The notes under the pieces are model-generated. The model did not search any database, was not told the DNA's origin, and worked only from the letters and a program-made list of their open reading frames with translations. A stretch of 18,007 nt of DNA from positions 1 to 18,007 of the forward strand of contig JAZLIA010000019.1 in NCBI GenBank assembly GCA_045617125.1. Direction: 5' to 3'. Positions 6,408-14,388 of the stretch are shown piece after piece. The DNA is from Clostridia bacterium. Its GTDB lineage: Bacteria; Bacillota; Clostridia; Christensenellales; Aristaeellaceae. A program made the translations under genes and the position numbers. Numbering within the stretch: position 1 is the stretch's first letter; each line of letters begins with the position of its first letter.

Positions 6408-6857
6408 TTATTGCAGGATGGCCCGGCACAGGGTCTCGGCAAAGCTTTCGAGACCGATACGGTCCTCTTCAGTGAAACGGTTTAGATCCGGGCTGTCCAG
6501 ATCCAGTACGCCGATGATGCGTCCGTCCTGGTGCAGGGGGATCACCAACTCGGAATTGGAAGCACTGTCACAGGCAATGTGGCCGAGAAACCGGTGGACA
6601 TCGGGAACCAGGATGGAACGATCCTCTTTCACGGCGGTGCCGCAGACACCTCGGCCGACAGAGATCTCGATGCAGGCGGGTTTGCCCTGGAAGGGACCAA
6701 GAACGAGACGATCGCCTCTAAGATAGTAGAAACCGGCCCAGTTGAGGCGGTCCAACCGCTGCCAGATCAGGGCTGAGGCATTGGCAAGATTGGCAACGCC
6801 ATGGGGAACGCCTTCGGTGAGAGCGGCGATCTCGCGCGTTAGGGAAACATAATCCAT
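6408..6857 (-). CDS. msrC: GAF-domain free methionine-(R)-sulfoxide reductase (YebR/MsrC family)
   Basis: The protein runs MDYVSLTREIAALTEG...NWAGFYYLRGDRLVLGPFQGKPACIEISVGRGVCGTAV...HIACDSASNSELVIPL...IGVLDLDSPDLNRFTEEDRIGLE. This closely follows the conserved fRMsr blocks, FQGK-x-AC-x-x-I-x-x-GRGVCGTA and HIACD-x-ASNSE-x-V-x-PL, including the three catalytic/resolving Cys positions. The start at ATG 6857 is preceded by AAGAGGTG. The track's start at 6953 would overlap the upstream gene. Confidence 0.85.
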   Translation of the reverse strand: MDYVSLTREIAALTEGVPHGVANLANASALIWQRLDRLNWAGFYYLRGDRLVLGPFQGKPACIEISVGRGVCGTAVKEDRSILVPDVHRFLGHIACDSASNSELVIPLHQDGRIIGVLDLDSPDLNRFTEEDRIGLESFAETLCRAILQ

Positions 6858-6876
6858 GGAAAAGCACCTCTTATCT

Positions 6877-8379
6877 TTATTCGTTTGTGCGTTCCTCCGG
6901 GAAGGCGGAAAGAAGCGGTTCCACATCGGTTTTTCCCTTGATGCGGCGGTCAATATAGTTTTTTGTGATCTTTCTTACCATTCCGCACAGAGCAACGACG
7001 CCGATCAGGTTGGGGAGTGACATCAATCCGTTGAAGGTATCGCTCAGGTCGATCGCCAGGCTGGTATCCAGGATGGAGGAAAACAATATGGCGGCAATGA
7101 ACACCACCTTGTACACCCAGGTGGAACGGGTGCCGAACAGGAATTCCCAGGCTTTTTTGCCGTAGAAGCTCCATCCCAGAACGGTGCTGAAAGCAAACAG
7201 TGTGACGGCAATGGCGATAAAGATCCCGCCGAAGGAACCGAAGTTTTTGGTAAAGGCTTCGGTGGCCAGGCCCAGCTTCGTGGCTCCGGTGAGAGATGCG
7301 CCGGTGTTCAGGTCCACGATCCCGCTGGTGAGGATCACCAGCGCGGTGAGGGTGCAAACGATGAGGGTGTCCACAAACACCTCAAAAATGCCCCACAGGC
7401 CCTGAGCGACCGGTTCCTTCACGTCGGAGGCGGAATGGACCATCACAGAAGAACCTAGCCCGGCTTCATTGCTGAACACGCCGCGCTTGAAGCCCCAGCT
7501 CATGGCTTCGGCGATCACTGCGCCGCCGATGCCGCCGGCAGCGGAGCGGAAGTTGAATGCGCCGCGGAAAATGGAGCCCAGTGCCGGCAGGAGCTGATCG
7601 ATATTCATGAACACAATGATCAGGGAACCCGCAATATAGAACAGGGCCATGAAGGGGACGATCTTTTCGTTGGTTTCCGCAATGCGCTTCAGACCGCCCA
7701 GAATGACCAGCGCCGCTACGATGAGCAGAATGGCTCCGATGATCAGGCTGCCTGTGCGGCTGCTGTTCAGGGAGGCATCACCGGAGAGGCTGGCGGCTAC
7801 GTTCAGCACGCTTTCGCGGATGGACGATATCTGCCCCATGTTGCCGATGCCGAAGGAAGCCATAACGGCAAATACCGAGAACAGCACGGCCAGCACCTTG
7901 CCGAGCGTTTTGCAGTGAGGCTTGCTGCCAAGGCCGTCTTTGAGGTAATACATAGCTCCGCCGCACCATTCGTTCTCCTTGTTGCGGCGGCGGTAAAAAA
8001 TTCCCAGCACATTTTCGGAATAGTTGGTCATCATGCCCACGATAGCGGCGATCCACATCCAGAACACAGCGCCGGGCCCGCCCATTGTGATGGCATAGGC
8101 TACACCGGCGATGTTGCCGGTGCCGATGGTGGCGGAAAGAGCGGTGCACAGAGCCTGAAACTGGCTGATGCTGTGCTTGTCAGAGGATTTTACGGTCTTT
8201 TTTGAGAAGAGCTTTCCAATGGTTTCCTTCATCGTGTGACCGAAGTGGGTGAACTGGAAAAAACCGGTCAGCACTGTCATGAGCACCCCTGTGCCGATGA
8301 GCAGTGTGAGTGCGGGAGCCCCCCATACCACGTCGTTTACCGCCGTATTGATCTGGGAAATGACAGAAGTGACATCCAT
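6877..8379 (-). CDS. Alanine/glycine:cation (sodium) symporter, AGCS family
   Basis: The protein is multi-pass. It carries the AGCS signature region ISQFQALCTALSATIGTGNIAGVAYAITMGGPGAVFWMWI. It lies downstream of a glycine riboswitch. I place the start at ATG 8379 (MDVTSVISQINTAVNDVVWG...), 7 nt after AAGAGGG. Confidence 0.9.
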   Translation of the reverse strand: MDVTSVISQINTAVNDVVWGAPALTLLIGTGVLMTVLTGFFQFTHFGHTMKETIGKLFSKKTVKSSDKHSISQFQALCTALSATIGTGNIAGVAYAITMGGPGAVFWMWIAAIVGMMTNYSENVLGIFYRRRNKENEWCGGAMYYLKDGLGSKPHCKTLGKVLAVLFSVFAVMASFGIGNMGQISSIRESVLNVAASLSGDASLNSSRTGSLIIGAILLIVAALVILGGLKRIAETNEKIVPFMALFYIAGSLIIVFMNIDQLLPALGSIFRGAFNFRSAAGGIGGAVIAEAMSWGFKRGVFSNEAGLGSSVMVHSASDVKEPVAQGLWGIFEVFVDTLIVCTLTALVILTSGIVDLNTGASLTGATKLGLATEAFTKNFGSFGGIFIAIAVTLFAFSTVLGWSFYGKKAWEFLFGTRSTWVYKVVFIAAILFSSILDTSLAIDLSDTFNGLMSLPNLIGVVALCGMVRKITKNYIDRRIKGKTDVEPLLSAFPEERTNE

Positions 8380-8423
8380 ATAAAAGCCCTCTTTTCTGTA
8401 TTCTGAATACGGGAGCTTTTCTG

Positions 8424-8456
8424 CAATCAAAAAGCGGAGAGATATCCCTCTCCGCA
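8424..8456 (-). terminator. Intrinsic terminator forming the expression platform of the glycine riboswitch
   Basis: The minus strand reads GCGGAGAG-GGATAT-CTCTCCGC (8455-8434) followed by TTTTTGATTG. It lies between the second aptamer and the symporter RBS. Confidence 0.65.
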
Positions 8457-8493
8457 GAAAAACGATCCCTTTGCCGCGATGCGGCAGATCCAG

Positions 8494-8668
8494 TTCCGTC
8501 CTTTTGCCTGAGAGATTCAGCTTTTTACAGCTGTTGCACCTTCGGCACCGCCCCGTTTCCGGGCGGATTCTCCGGAATGCCGTCCGCGTACAGTCTTTTT
8601 ACCTGAGAGTGTTGCTCCTTCGGCGTTCCCTGGGGAACCTTTCCTGCACGCTTCCTTCGGCCCGTATT
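8494..8668 (-). promoter_or_regulatory. Tandem glycine riboswitch (two aptamers)
   Basis: Aptamer 1, read on the minus strand, is GCGUGCAG-GAAAGGUUCCCCAGGGAACGCCGAAGGAGCAACACUCUCAGGUAAAAAGA-CUGUACGC, with an 8-bp P1 helix. Aptamer 2 is CCGGAGAAUCCGCCCGGAAACGGGGCGGUGCCGAAGGUGCAACAGCUGUAAAAAGCUGAAUCUCUCAGGCAAAAGGACGG. Both carry the conserved CCGAAGG-x-GCAA and CUCUCAGG-x-AAAAGGAC cores. The genomic context, upstream of an AGCS symporter, is the classic one. Confidence 0.85.
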
Positions 8669-8679
8669 CGATTGATAAT

Positions 8680-8708
8680 AATATACTCAATGAAAAACGA
8701 TTTGTAAA
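8680..8708 (-). promoter_or_regulatory. Putative promoter of the riboswitch-symporter unit
   Basis: The minus strand reads TTTACA (8708-8703), a 17-nt spacer, then TATATT (8685-8680). The -35 begins only 10 nt after the stop of the upstream gene. Confidence 0.45.
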
Positions 8709-8717
8709 GAGGAAATT

Positions 8718-10538
8718 TCAATAGGTGCATTTCAGGGAAATGCGGTTCACCTTGCCGTTATCGGCATAATAGCACAGCACCATCCGGGCATCGTCATTCC
8801 GGAAGTAAATATATTCGATACGGTAGCTGTTTTCATCGGTTTTGTAGATCATGCCGGTGCCCATCGCGTCATCGTGGTAAAGGCTGCGGCTGCCGTCCTG
8901 ATTTTCAGGCTGACCCATATCCCGGAAAAGCACGATCACATCTTCGGGACGGATGCCGACCCGTGTGGAGCGGGGCGCGGTCATGGAAGGAGAGGAGGTC
9001 TCCACATAGTAGAGGATGTAGCCCTTTTCTGAGGAATAGAAGCGGGCTTCACCCCAGCTGTAGCTGAGCCGGGTGCACACATTCGGGTTGGAATTGTCGT
9101 CCACCTCGGTCTCTTCGATGGGCTGACCGTATTTGCGAATGAAAGCGTCGCGGTTGGTCTTCATCATCGTGAAGCCCGAAAACTCATCTCCGCTGTTGAA
9201 ATAACGTTTAAACGGCTGCAGGATCTCATATTCCACATCCAGTTCGTTGCTGACCTTGCCGAAGCTGTCCACGCATACCGCCTTGAGATGCACCGAATTG
9301 CCGCCAGGCAGCTTGATGGGTTCGCCGGTGTAGATGGGAGAATTGGAGGTGGGTGAGGTGCTGTCGATGGTGTAGTAAATGGTCACGTCGAAATCATTCA
9401 GGTTTCTGAGCCTTACGCTGGCGGAATTGTAGGTGTCGCTGGCCAGGGAAGGATAGGGAGCCACCGGGTTGGGAAGAGTGACTGTGTAGTTCACGTTCAG
9501 TTCATCGCTTACAAGCTGACTGGAAACGCACACGGCATGCAGCGCGTGGTAGCCTTCTTTCAGCTCAATAGGGCCTGTATAAAGCGTTCCGTCTTCCGGA
9601 AGGTTCCCGAATCCAAACAGGTAGTAGATCTCAAACCCGTCGGAGGAAGACAGCTCCAGCGTTTTGTAGGAGGAATACTTGCCGCCGCCCAGGTTGGCAG
9701 TGGGAGGTTTGGGAAGCATTTCGTTCCGTTCCCGGTTGAAATAGCTGTCGCCGGTGTTTTCGTAGGCGGTTTTCATGAAAGCGGCCGCTTCCACCAGACG
9801 CCCCTGGGAGCGCATCAGGCGGATGATATTTTTGTAGGCCAGGGAGGTGGTTTTGTCCAGATCCCGATACATGGTGACAAACACGCTTTCGGCATCTGCG
9901 CTTCGGCCTGCGGCTTCGTAGGCTTCTGCCAGAAGCTGAAGCTTCTCGTACAGGTCCTCTTTTGCGGGCTCCTGCTTCCAGGCTTTTTCATATATGGCAA
10001 TGGAATCGTCGATATAGCCCTGATCCAGCAGTTCTGTCCCATAGGACCACAGCGCTTCTGCAGAGGTTTCCCGGCCCATTCTGGCCAGGATGAGCTGGCC
10101 GTGATCCGTAAGGTTCAGGTAAAGGAATGCCGATACGCCGGCGGCCAGAATCAGCGCAAGGATGACCACGGCCACGGCGGACCAGTTGATCATCACCTTC
10201 CGCACAGAATAGGTCCTGCGATGATTTTGGTGGAATATAAGTCCCTTCCTGCCGGTCGCTTCCTCATCCTGTTCCGGCTTTTTTCCGGGCGTGACAAAAC
10301 GGGTGTCGATGCCTTCATCCGCCCGAAGCCGCCGTCTTTCACTGATGGGGGCATCGGGAACGGCGTTCACTTCCGGTTCCTGACGGGTGAAGCTGATGCG
10401 GGGAGCGGAGGGCGCCGCGCTGCTGCCCTGACGGATGCTTCCGACCCGGGAAGGATCCTGACGGGCGATCGGCTCGCCGCATACGCTGCACATTGCGGCG
10501 TGTTCCGGCAGGATATTGCCGCATTTTTTACAGATCAA
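8718..10538 (-). CDS. Zinc-ribbon / single-TM / TPR-like / Fn3-like-repeat protein of unknown function (606 aa)
   Basis: The N-terminus has a CxxC...CxxC zinc ribbon (MICKKCGNILPEHAAMCSVCGEPI). A low-complexity linker and one TM helix (WSAVAVVILALILAAGVSAFLYL) follow. The extracytoplasmic part is helical and TPR-like. It also has two repeats resembling the chitobiase/beta-hexosaminidase C-terminal Fn3-like fold: IYYLFG...DGTLYTGPIELKEGYHALHAVCV and IYYTIDSTSPTSNSPIYTGEPIKLPGGNSVHLKAVCV. The start codon is TTG, 9 nt after AAAGGAG. Confidence 0.8.
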   Translation of the reverse strand: MICKKCGNILPEHAAMCSVCGEPIARQDPSRVGSIRQGSSAAPSAPRISFTRQEPEVNAVPDAPISERRRLRADEGIDTRFVTPGKKPEQDEEATGRKGLIFHQNHRRTYSVRKVMINWSAVAVVILALILAAGVSAFLYLNLTDHGQLILARMGRETSAEALWSYGTELLDQGYIDDSIAIYEKAWKQEPAKEDLYEKLQLLAEAYEAAGRSADAESVFVTMYRDLDKTTSLAYKNIIRLMRSQGRLVEAAAFMKTAYENTGDSYFNRERNEMLPKPPTANLGGGKYSSYKTLELSSSDGFEIYYLFGFGNLPEDGTLYTGPIELKEGYHALHAVCVSSQLVSDELNVNYTVTLPNPVAPYPSLASDTYNSASVRLRNLNDFDVTIYYTIDSTSPTSNSPIYTGEPIKLPGGNSVHLKAVCVDSFGKVSNELDVEYEILQPFKRYFNSGDEFSGFTMMKTNRDAFIRKYGQPIEETEVDDNSNPNVCTRLSYSWGEARFYSSEKGYILYYVETSSPSMTAPRSTRVGIRPEDVIVLFRDMGQPENQDGSRSLYHDDAMGTGMIYKTDENSYRIEYIYFRNDDARMVLCYYADNGKVNRISLKCTY

Positions 10539-10577
10539 GCGCGTTCTCTCCTTTCACGGCCTGTATGGCTGGGGATT

Positions 10578-11471
10578 TCAGTTTTCGTGAGCCGCTTCCT
10601 CGGCTTTCTGAGCTTCCAGGGCACGCAGAGCTTCATAAGCGGGGTCCTTTTCATCAAACTCGCGCACCGGAGCCTCGTCTCCCAGAATTTCGATCGCGTT
10701 GCGCAATTCAATATAATCCAGATATCCGGTCTCTTCGCTGGCAGCCAGGGCCTTGAGGGGGCCCAGGGCTTTTTCATTGCCCAGCTTGCCCAGAAAATCG
10801 GCCAGCACGGCGCAGCGGTCCCGGTGATCGTTCAGAAGGTTCATCAGGGTGACGAACACCTTTTCTTCCGGGTCCGGATAATGGCACAGCAGGGAGCAAA
10901 GGCATTCCTTTCCGGGATCGGTGGCGTCTGCAAGGCGGGCGGTCATGGCGTTTACAGGCTTTTCTCCCATGGAGGAAAGGCTTTCCAGCGCATTTTCGGC
11001 CAGCTCATTGATGCAGCCTTCTCCGTTTTCTTCCTCTGATTCTTCCTGCATCCGGGCGACCCAGTCGATATACAGATCCATCGGGAGCTCGCTTCCGATC
11101 TCACGCAGCACGGCCACCGCCAGCATACGGGCCTCCTGGGGCGCACGCTCCTTTTTGAGCAGGTCATAGAGCGGTTTTTCAGCTGAGCTGTTCATTTCGC
11201 TGAGACGGTTCAGAAGCATATCCGGTACGGGTACACGCTGCTTGATGTAATCCTCCAGATGGTTTACCAGCATTTTCGCATTGTCAAACTGATCAAAATA
11301 ATGTCCGGGGGCAATGTTGCCAAGCCAGTCCACAGGCTGCTCCAACCACTCGCCGTACACTTCGGGCATTTTTGCTTCCATCTGGTCATAATTTTTGTAT
11401 TCCTTCTGATGCTCCCGGAGCCACTGGCTCAGATAACGCTGAAATTCCTTGTCAAAATTGATACACTTCAT
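10578..11471 (-). CDS. Acidic helical-repeat (HEAT/PBS-lyase-like) protein, function unknown (about 297 aa)
   Basis: The ORF is coherent. HEAT-like repeat signatures include LADFLGKLGNEKALGPLKALAASEE and AVAVLREIGSELPMD, and the C-terminal tail is acidic. I place the start at ATG 11471 (MKCINFDKEF...) after GAAAGGGG. The track's start at 11489 is a GTG that overlaps the stop of the upstream gene. Confidence 0.7.
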   Translation of the reverse strand: MKCINFDKEFQRYLSQWLREHQKEYKNYDQMEAKMPEVYGEWLEQPVDWLGNIAPGHYFDQFDNAKMLVNHLEDYIKQRVPVPDMLLNRLSEMNSSAEKPLYDLLKKERAPQEARMLAVAVLREIGSELPMDLYIDWVARMQEESEEENGEGCINELAENALESLSSMGEKPVNAMTARLADATDPGKECLCSLLCHYPDPEEKVFVTLMNLLNDHRDRCAVLADFLGKLGNEKALGPLKALAASEETGYLDYIELRNAIEILGDEAPVREFDEKDPAYEALRALEAQKAEEAAHEN

Positions 11472-11485
11472 GGTAACGACCCCTT

Positions 11486-12739
11486 TCACAGATCATTTTT
11501 GCCGATCTGGCGCAGCCTGCGCCGGATGGCGGGAGAAAAGGAAGACAGATCCGTCCGGATCAGGGAGAAACGGCGTATCCCGGAGGCATGCAGGCCATAA
11601 AGGAGGATGGCATCCTGCCAGAGATCTGGGTTGTTTTCAATCCGGGCCCGCATTCCGGGGGTGAGATGGGAAAACACATTGTCAAAGGCTTTTCTGACCT
11701 GTTCCGGGTTTTTTCCACCGGTGAACAGCAGGCAGGTGTGATAAAGCTTTTTGCGGATGCTTCCCCGTTTTTTATGGTTTTCTTCAAGCAGCGCGTCTCT
11801 CAGCTTCTTTTCATTTTTTGTGATCATATGTGTTTCCACCAGCGGATCCATGCGCAGAGCCTGAGCGCGGTATTCCTTTGCCTGCGCTTTTTCACCGGGC
11901 AAAAGCTCACAGCATTGGGCGGCTAAAAGCAGAAATTCGGCACAGTAGGGATAGCGGCTGAGCCAGGCCTTTGCCAGAGACAGTGCATCCTGAACCCGTC
12001 CGCATTCCAGACAGGTTTTGCCAAAGAGCAGCGCGTCTGTCATGCTCGTGCATAATGGCAGGGCGGAAAGCATGGCTGCTGTGGCGGTGACCGGTTCGTG
12101 CATCTGGGTGGCTGCACGGAGCATCAGCAGATGGAGGACCAGGTTCTTTTGTTCACTCTGTTCGACTGTATCCCGTAAAAGAAGGAAGGTCTCCGCTCCC
12201 TTCTTTTCATCCAGCAGCCCAAGGATCCTATTCAGGAACCGGGCTTGCTTCCCGGGAACGTTTTTCAGCAGCACCTGTTCTTCGCTCAGGTAACCTTCGC
12301 GCCACCGGTCCCAAAGAACGCATTGAATGCTGATATGAGTTTTGCCCACCTGAAACTGTCGGTCCATTCCGTTCAGCAGAGCTTCCGCGTGATTGGCTTC
12401 CGGCCCGTAAGGACAGAAAAACAAAAACCTTTCCAGTGCGGCCCGGGCGGCGATATACCGTCCTCCCACAGCGGCATTGACTCCTGCCAGGTAATAGCCT
12501 ACAGGGGGAAGGGCATGGTCGTGATACAGGCGCAGAAGCTCCCGATCGGAAGCCTGCAGGCAGCTCAGATTTGTCAACGTACGCGCCAGCTCCAGCCGGG
12601 CTTCAATGCTGCCGGTCTCTGCTGCCATGCGCAGATACCGCACACACGAGGGCATGTCTTCTCTTGTCCGGTATTCCTCTGCCCGGTCCAGATAGAATCG
12701 GGTATTCTGTCTGAAAAGCAGGACCGTGTTTTTTTCCAT
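11486..12739 (-). CDS. TPR-like all-helical cytoplasmic protein, function unknown (417 aa)
   Basis: This is a long ORF in the operon strand and frame. It has repeated amphipathic helix pairs with A/L/Y-rich TPR-like spacing, for example YYLAGVNAAVGGRYIAARAALERFLFF and LSLAKAWLSRYPYCAEFLLLAAQCCELL. Its ATG at 12739 lies 1 nt after the hslO stop (TGAtATG). Confidence 0.7.
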   Translation of the reverse strand: MEKNTVLLFRQNTRFYLDRAEEYRTREDMPSCVRYLRMAAETGSIEARLELARTLTNLSCLQASDRELLRLYHDHALPPVGYYLAGVNAAVGGRYIAARAALERFLFFCPYGPEANHAEALLNGMDRQFQVGKTHISIQCVLWDRWREGYLSEEQVLLKNVPGKQARFLNRILGLLDEKKGAETFLLLRDTVEQSEQKNLVLHLLMLRAATQMHEPVTATAAMLSALPLCTSMTDALLFGKTCLECGRVQDALSLAKAWLSRYPYCAEFLLLAAQCCELLPGEKAQAKEYRAQALRMDPLVETHMITKNEKKLRDALLEENHKKRGSIRKKLYHTCLLFTGGKNPEQVRKAFDNVFSHLTPGMRARIENNPDLWQDAILLYGLHASGIRRFSLIRTDLSSFSPAIRRRLRQIGKNDL

Positions 12740-12740
12740 A

Positions 12741-13640
12741 TCAACGGGTCGCCGATTCCAGAAGACGGATCAGCTGGTCCTTATCAAAATGCTGTGCCGT
12801 GCGGCAGAAATAGCAGGTGAGGTCGGCTTTGCCGTCCTCTTTTATCAGCTGTTCCAGTTCGCTGCGCCCCATCGCGATCAATGCCTTTTCCATTTTTTCA
12901 CGGCTGCAGTCGCACTGCCATTTGAGCGGTTCCCTGGAAAGCAGCTGGAGATCCATATTTTCAAACCAGTTTTCCGCCAGCTTTTCCAGCGGCATGTCTG
13001 CCACTTCTCTGCTGATGTAGTAGAAGAAGGGAGAACGGGCTTCCAGCATGTCGAGCGTTTCCTCGCTGCATCCGGGCATGGCCTGCACAAGGATGCCGCC
13101 GGATGAAAGACAGGCTCCCTCATGCATAAGGCATCCCAGACTTACCAGCGAGGGCTGCTGCTCGCTCACGGTGAAGTAACTGGCAAAATCCTCCGCCAGT
13201 TCCCCGGAAACCAGGTTCACCTGTCCCACATAGGGCTCGCGCATGCCCAGATCCTTTACCACCGTGAGCCGGCCTTCATGACCGATATAGCCGCCCACAT
13301 CCAGGTGCCCGTCTTTTTTGAGGGGCAGGGTCACCTGGGGATTGGTCGCCGTGGCCTTCACATTTCCGCCATGGGCTACCGCGGTCAGCTTTCCCGCAGG
13401 GCCATCGCCTGCCACCGTAACGGTGACGCTGGCGTCCTTATCTTTCATCTGCACTCCCATCATTGCCGCGGCGGTCATCAGCCGGCTCATTGCGGCGGCG
13501 GCCACATCCGAAGGCTGATGGATACGGATCATGTTCCGGGTCATTGCCGTCGTGCGGCACAGCAGCACCCGGGCTTCTCCTCCGCGTACGCTGAAATGCA
13601 GCATATCATCGGGCAGATACATCACATTTTCGTTTGCCAT
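12741..13640 (-). CDS. hslO: Hsp33 family redox-regulated molecular chaperone
   Basis: The Hsp33 fold-length protein carries the diagnostic C-terminal zinc centre: CDCSREKMEKAL...(x)...CYFCRTAQHF, which gives CxC...CxxC. The N-terminal region reads FSVRGGEARVLLCRTTAMTRNMIRIHQPSDVAAAAMSRLMTAAAMMG. The start at ATG 13640 lies 7 nt after AAGGAG. Confidence 0.92.
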   Translation of the reverse strand: MANENVMYLPDDMLHFSVRGGEARVLLCRTTAMTRNMIRIHQPSDVAAAAMSRLMTAAAMMGVQMKDKDASVTVTVAGDGPAGKLTAVAHGGNVKATATNPQVTLPLKKDGHLDVGGYIGHEGRLTVVKDLGMREPYVGQVNLVSGELAEDFASYFTVSEQQPSLVSLGCLMHEGACLSSGGILVQAMPGCSEETLDMLEARSPFFYYISREVADMPLEKLAENWFENMDLQLLSREPLKWQCDCSREKMEKALIAMGRSELEQLIKEDGKADLTCYFCRTAQHFDKDQLIRLLESATR

Positions 13641-13642
13641 GT

Positions 13643-14380
13643 TCAGGCTCCTTTTTCGCATACGGTAAATATGCGTTCGTCTTTATCGGCAGGCGCGTCC
13701 ATTCGCATGCCGCCGAAGAAAGCAATGTTTTCAAAACCGGCCTGGAGGAGCAGGCTTCTCAATTCGTCACAGGTCCAGGCCCGCTGGGTCTGCTCTTCCC
13801 GGGTGCGGATAAACCGCTCCGTTTCGTTTTCACGGGTAAATATCGAAAGCTCCATCTTTACGGTGCGGGTCTTTTCATGCCAGGTGTTCAGCCAGATATA
13901 GGCGCAGTCATCCTCGTCCAGAGTGAGGATATTGCTGCCTAAGACGTTTCTGAGCTTATAGGATGAGGAAAAGTCGAAAAGCAGCTTTCCTCCCGGCTTC
14001 AGACCCTTCCAGGCTGAAGTGAAAAAGCGCAGGGCGTCCTCCTTGGAGAGAAGATAATTGACCCCGTCACAGGTGGCCAGCACGGCATCCTGAGGCCGCA
14101 TCACCTGAAGAAACCGCATGTCCTGCCTGATATAGGGGATCTGCAGTCCGCGGGCACGGCTTTTTTCCATTGCGCGCTGCAGCATTTCTCCGGACAGGTC
14201 TGCTCCGGTCATGCTGAGCCCCGCTTCTCTGAGGGGGATGGTGATGGACCCGGTGCCGCAGGCACATTCCGTTACCCGCAAAATGCCCGGACCCAGCAGA
14301 TCAAGATAGTGCCGGGCCCAGGCGGTGTAATCCACATCCTGCATAAGCAGGTCATATACATTTGCAAAATCCGTATACAT
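13643..14380 (-). CDS. Class I SAM-dependent methyltransferase (245 aa)
   Basis: Motif I is VTECACGTGSITIPLREAG (E/DxGxGxG type), followed by the acidic post-I residue in GADLSGEMLQRA and the motif II-like DAVLATCDGVNYL. Its stop lies 2 nt before the hslO ATG. Confidence 0.88.
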   Translation of the reverse strand: MYTDFANVYDLLMQDVDYTAWARHYLDLLGPGILRVTECACGTGSITIPLREAGLSMTGADLSGEMLQRAMEKSRARGLQIPYIRQDMRFLQVMRPQDAVLATCDGVNYLLSKEDALRFFTSAWKGLKPGGKLLFDFSSSYKLRNVLGSNILTLDEDDCAYIWLNTWHEKTRTVKMELSIFTRENETERFIRTREEQTQRAWTCDELRSLLLQAGFENIAFFGGMRMDAPADKDERIFTVCEKGA

Positions 14381-14388
14381 GGCGGTGC

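Noticed and set aside
8398-8410. Perfect 13-bp palindrome GTATTC-T-GAATAC between the riboswitch terminator and the symporter RBS, considered as a possible operator.
   Set aside because: A 6+6 inverted repeat with a fixed spacer is expected several times by chance in 18 kb (about 18000/4096). The 1-nt spacer cannot form an RNA hairpin, and I recognise no regulator motif in it. The evidence is too weak to report as a site.
8471-8707. 78-aa plus-strand ORF in the intergenic region.
   Set aside because: It lies entirely antisense to the tandem glycine riboswitch and its terminator. It has no RBS, and its Arg/Leu/Ser-rich translation looks like noise.
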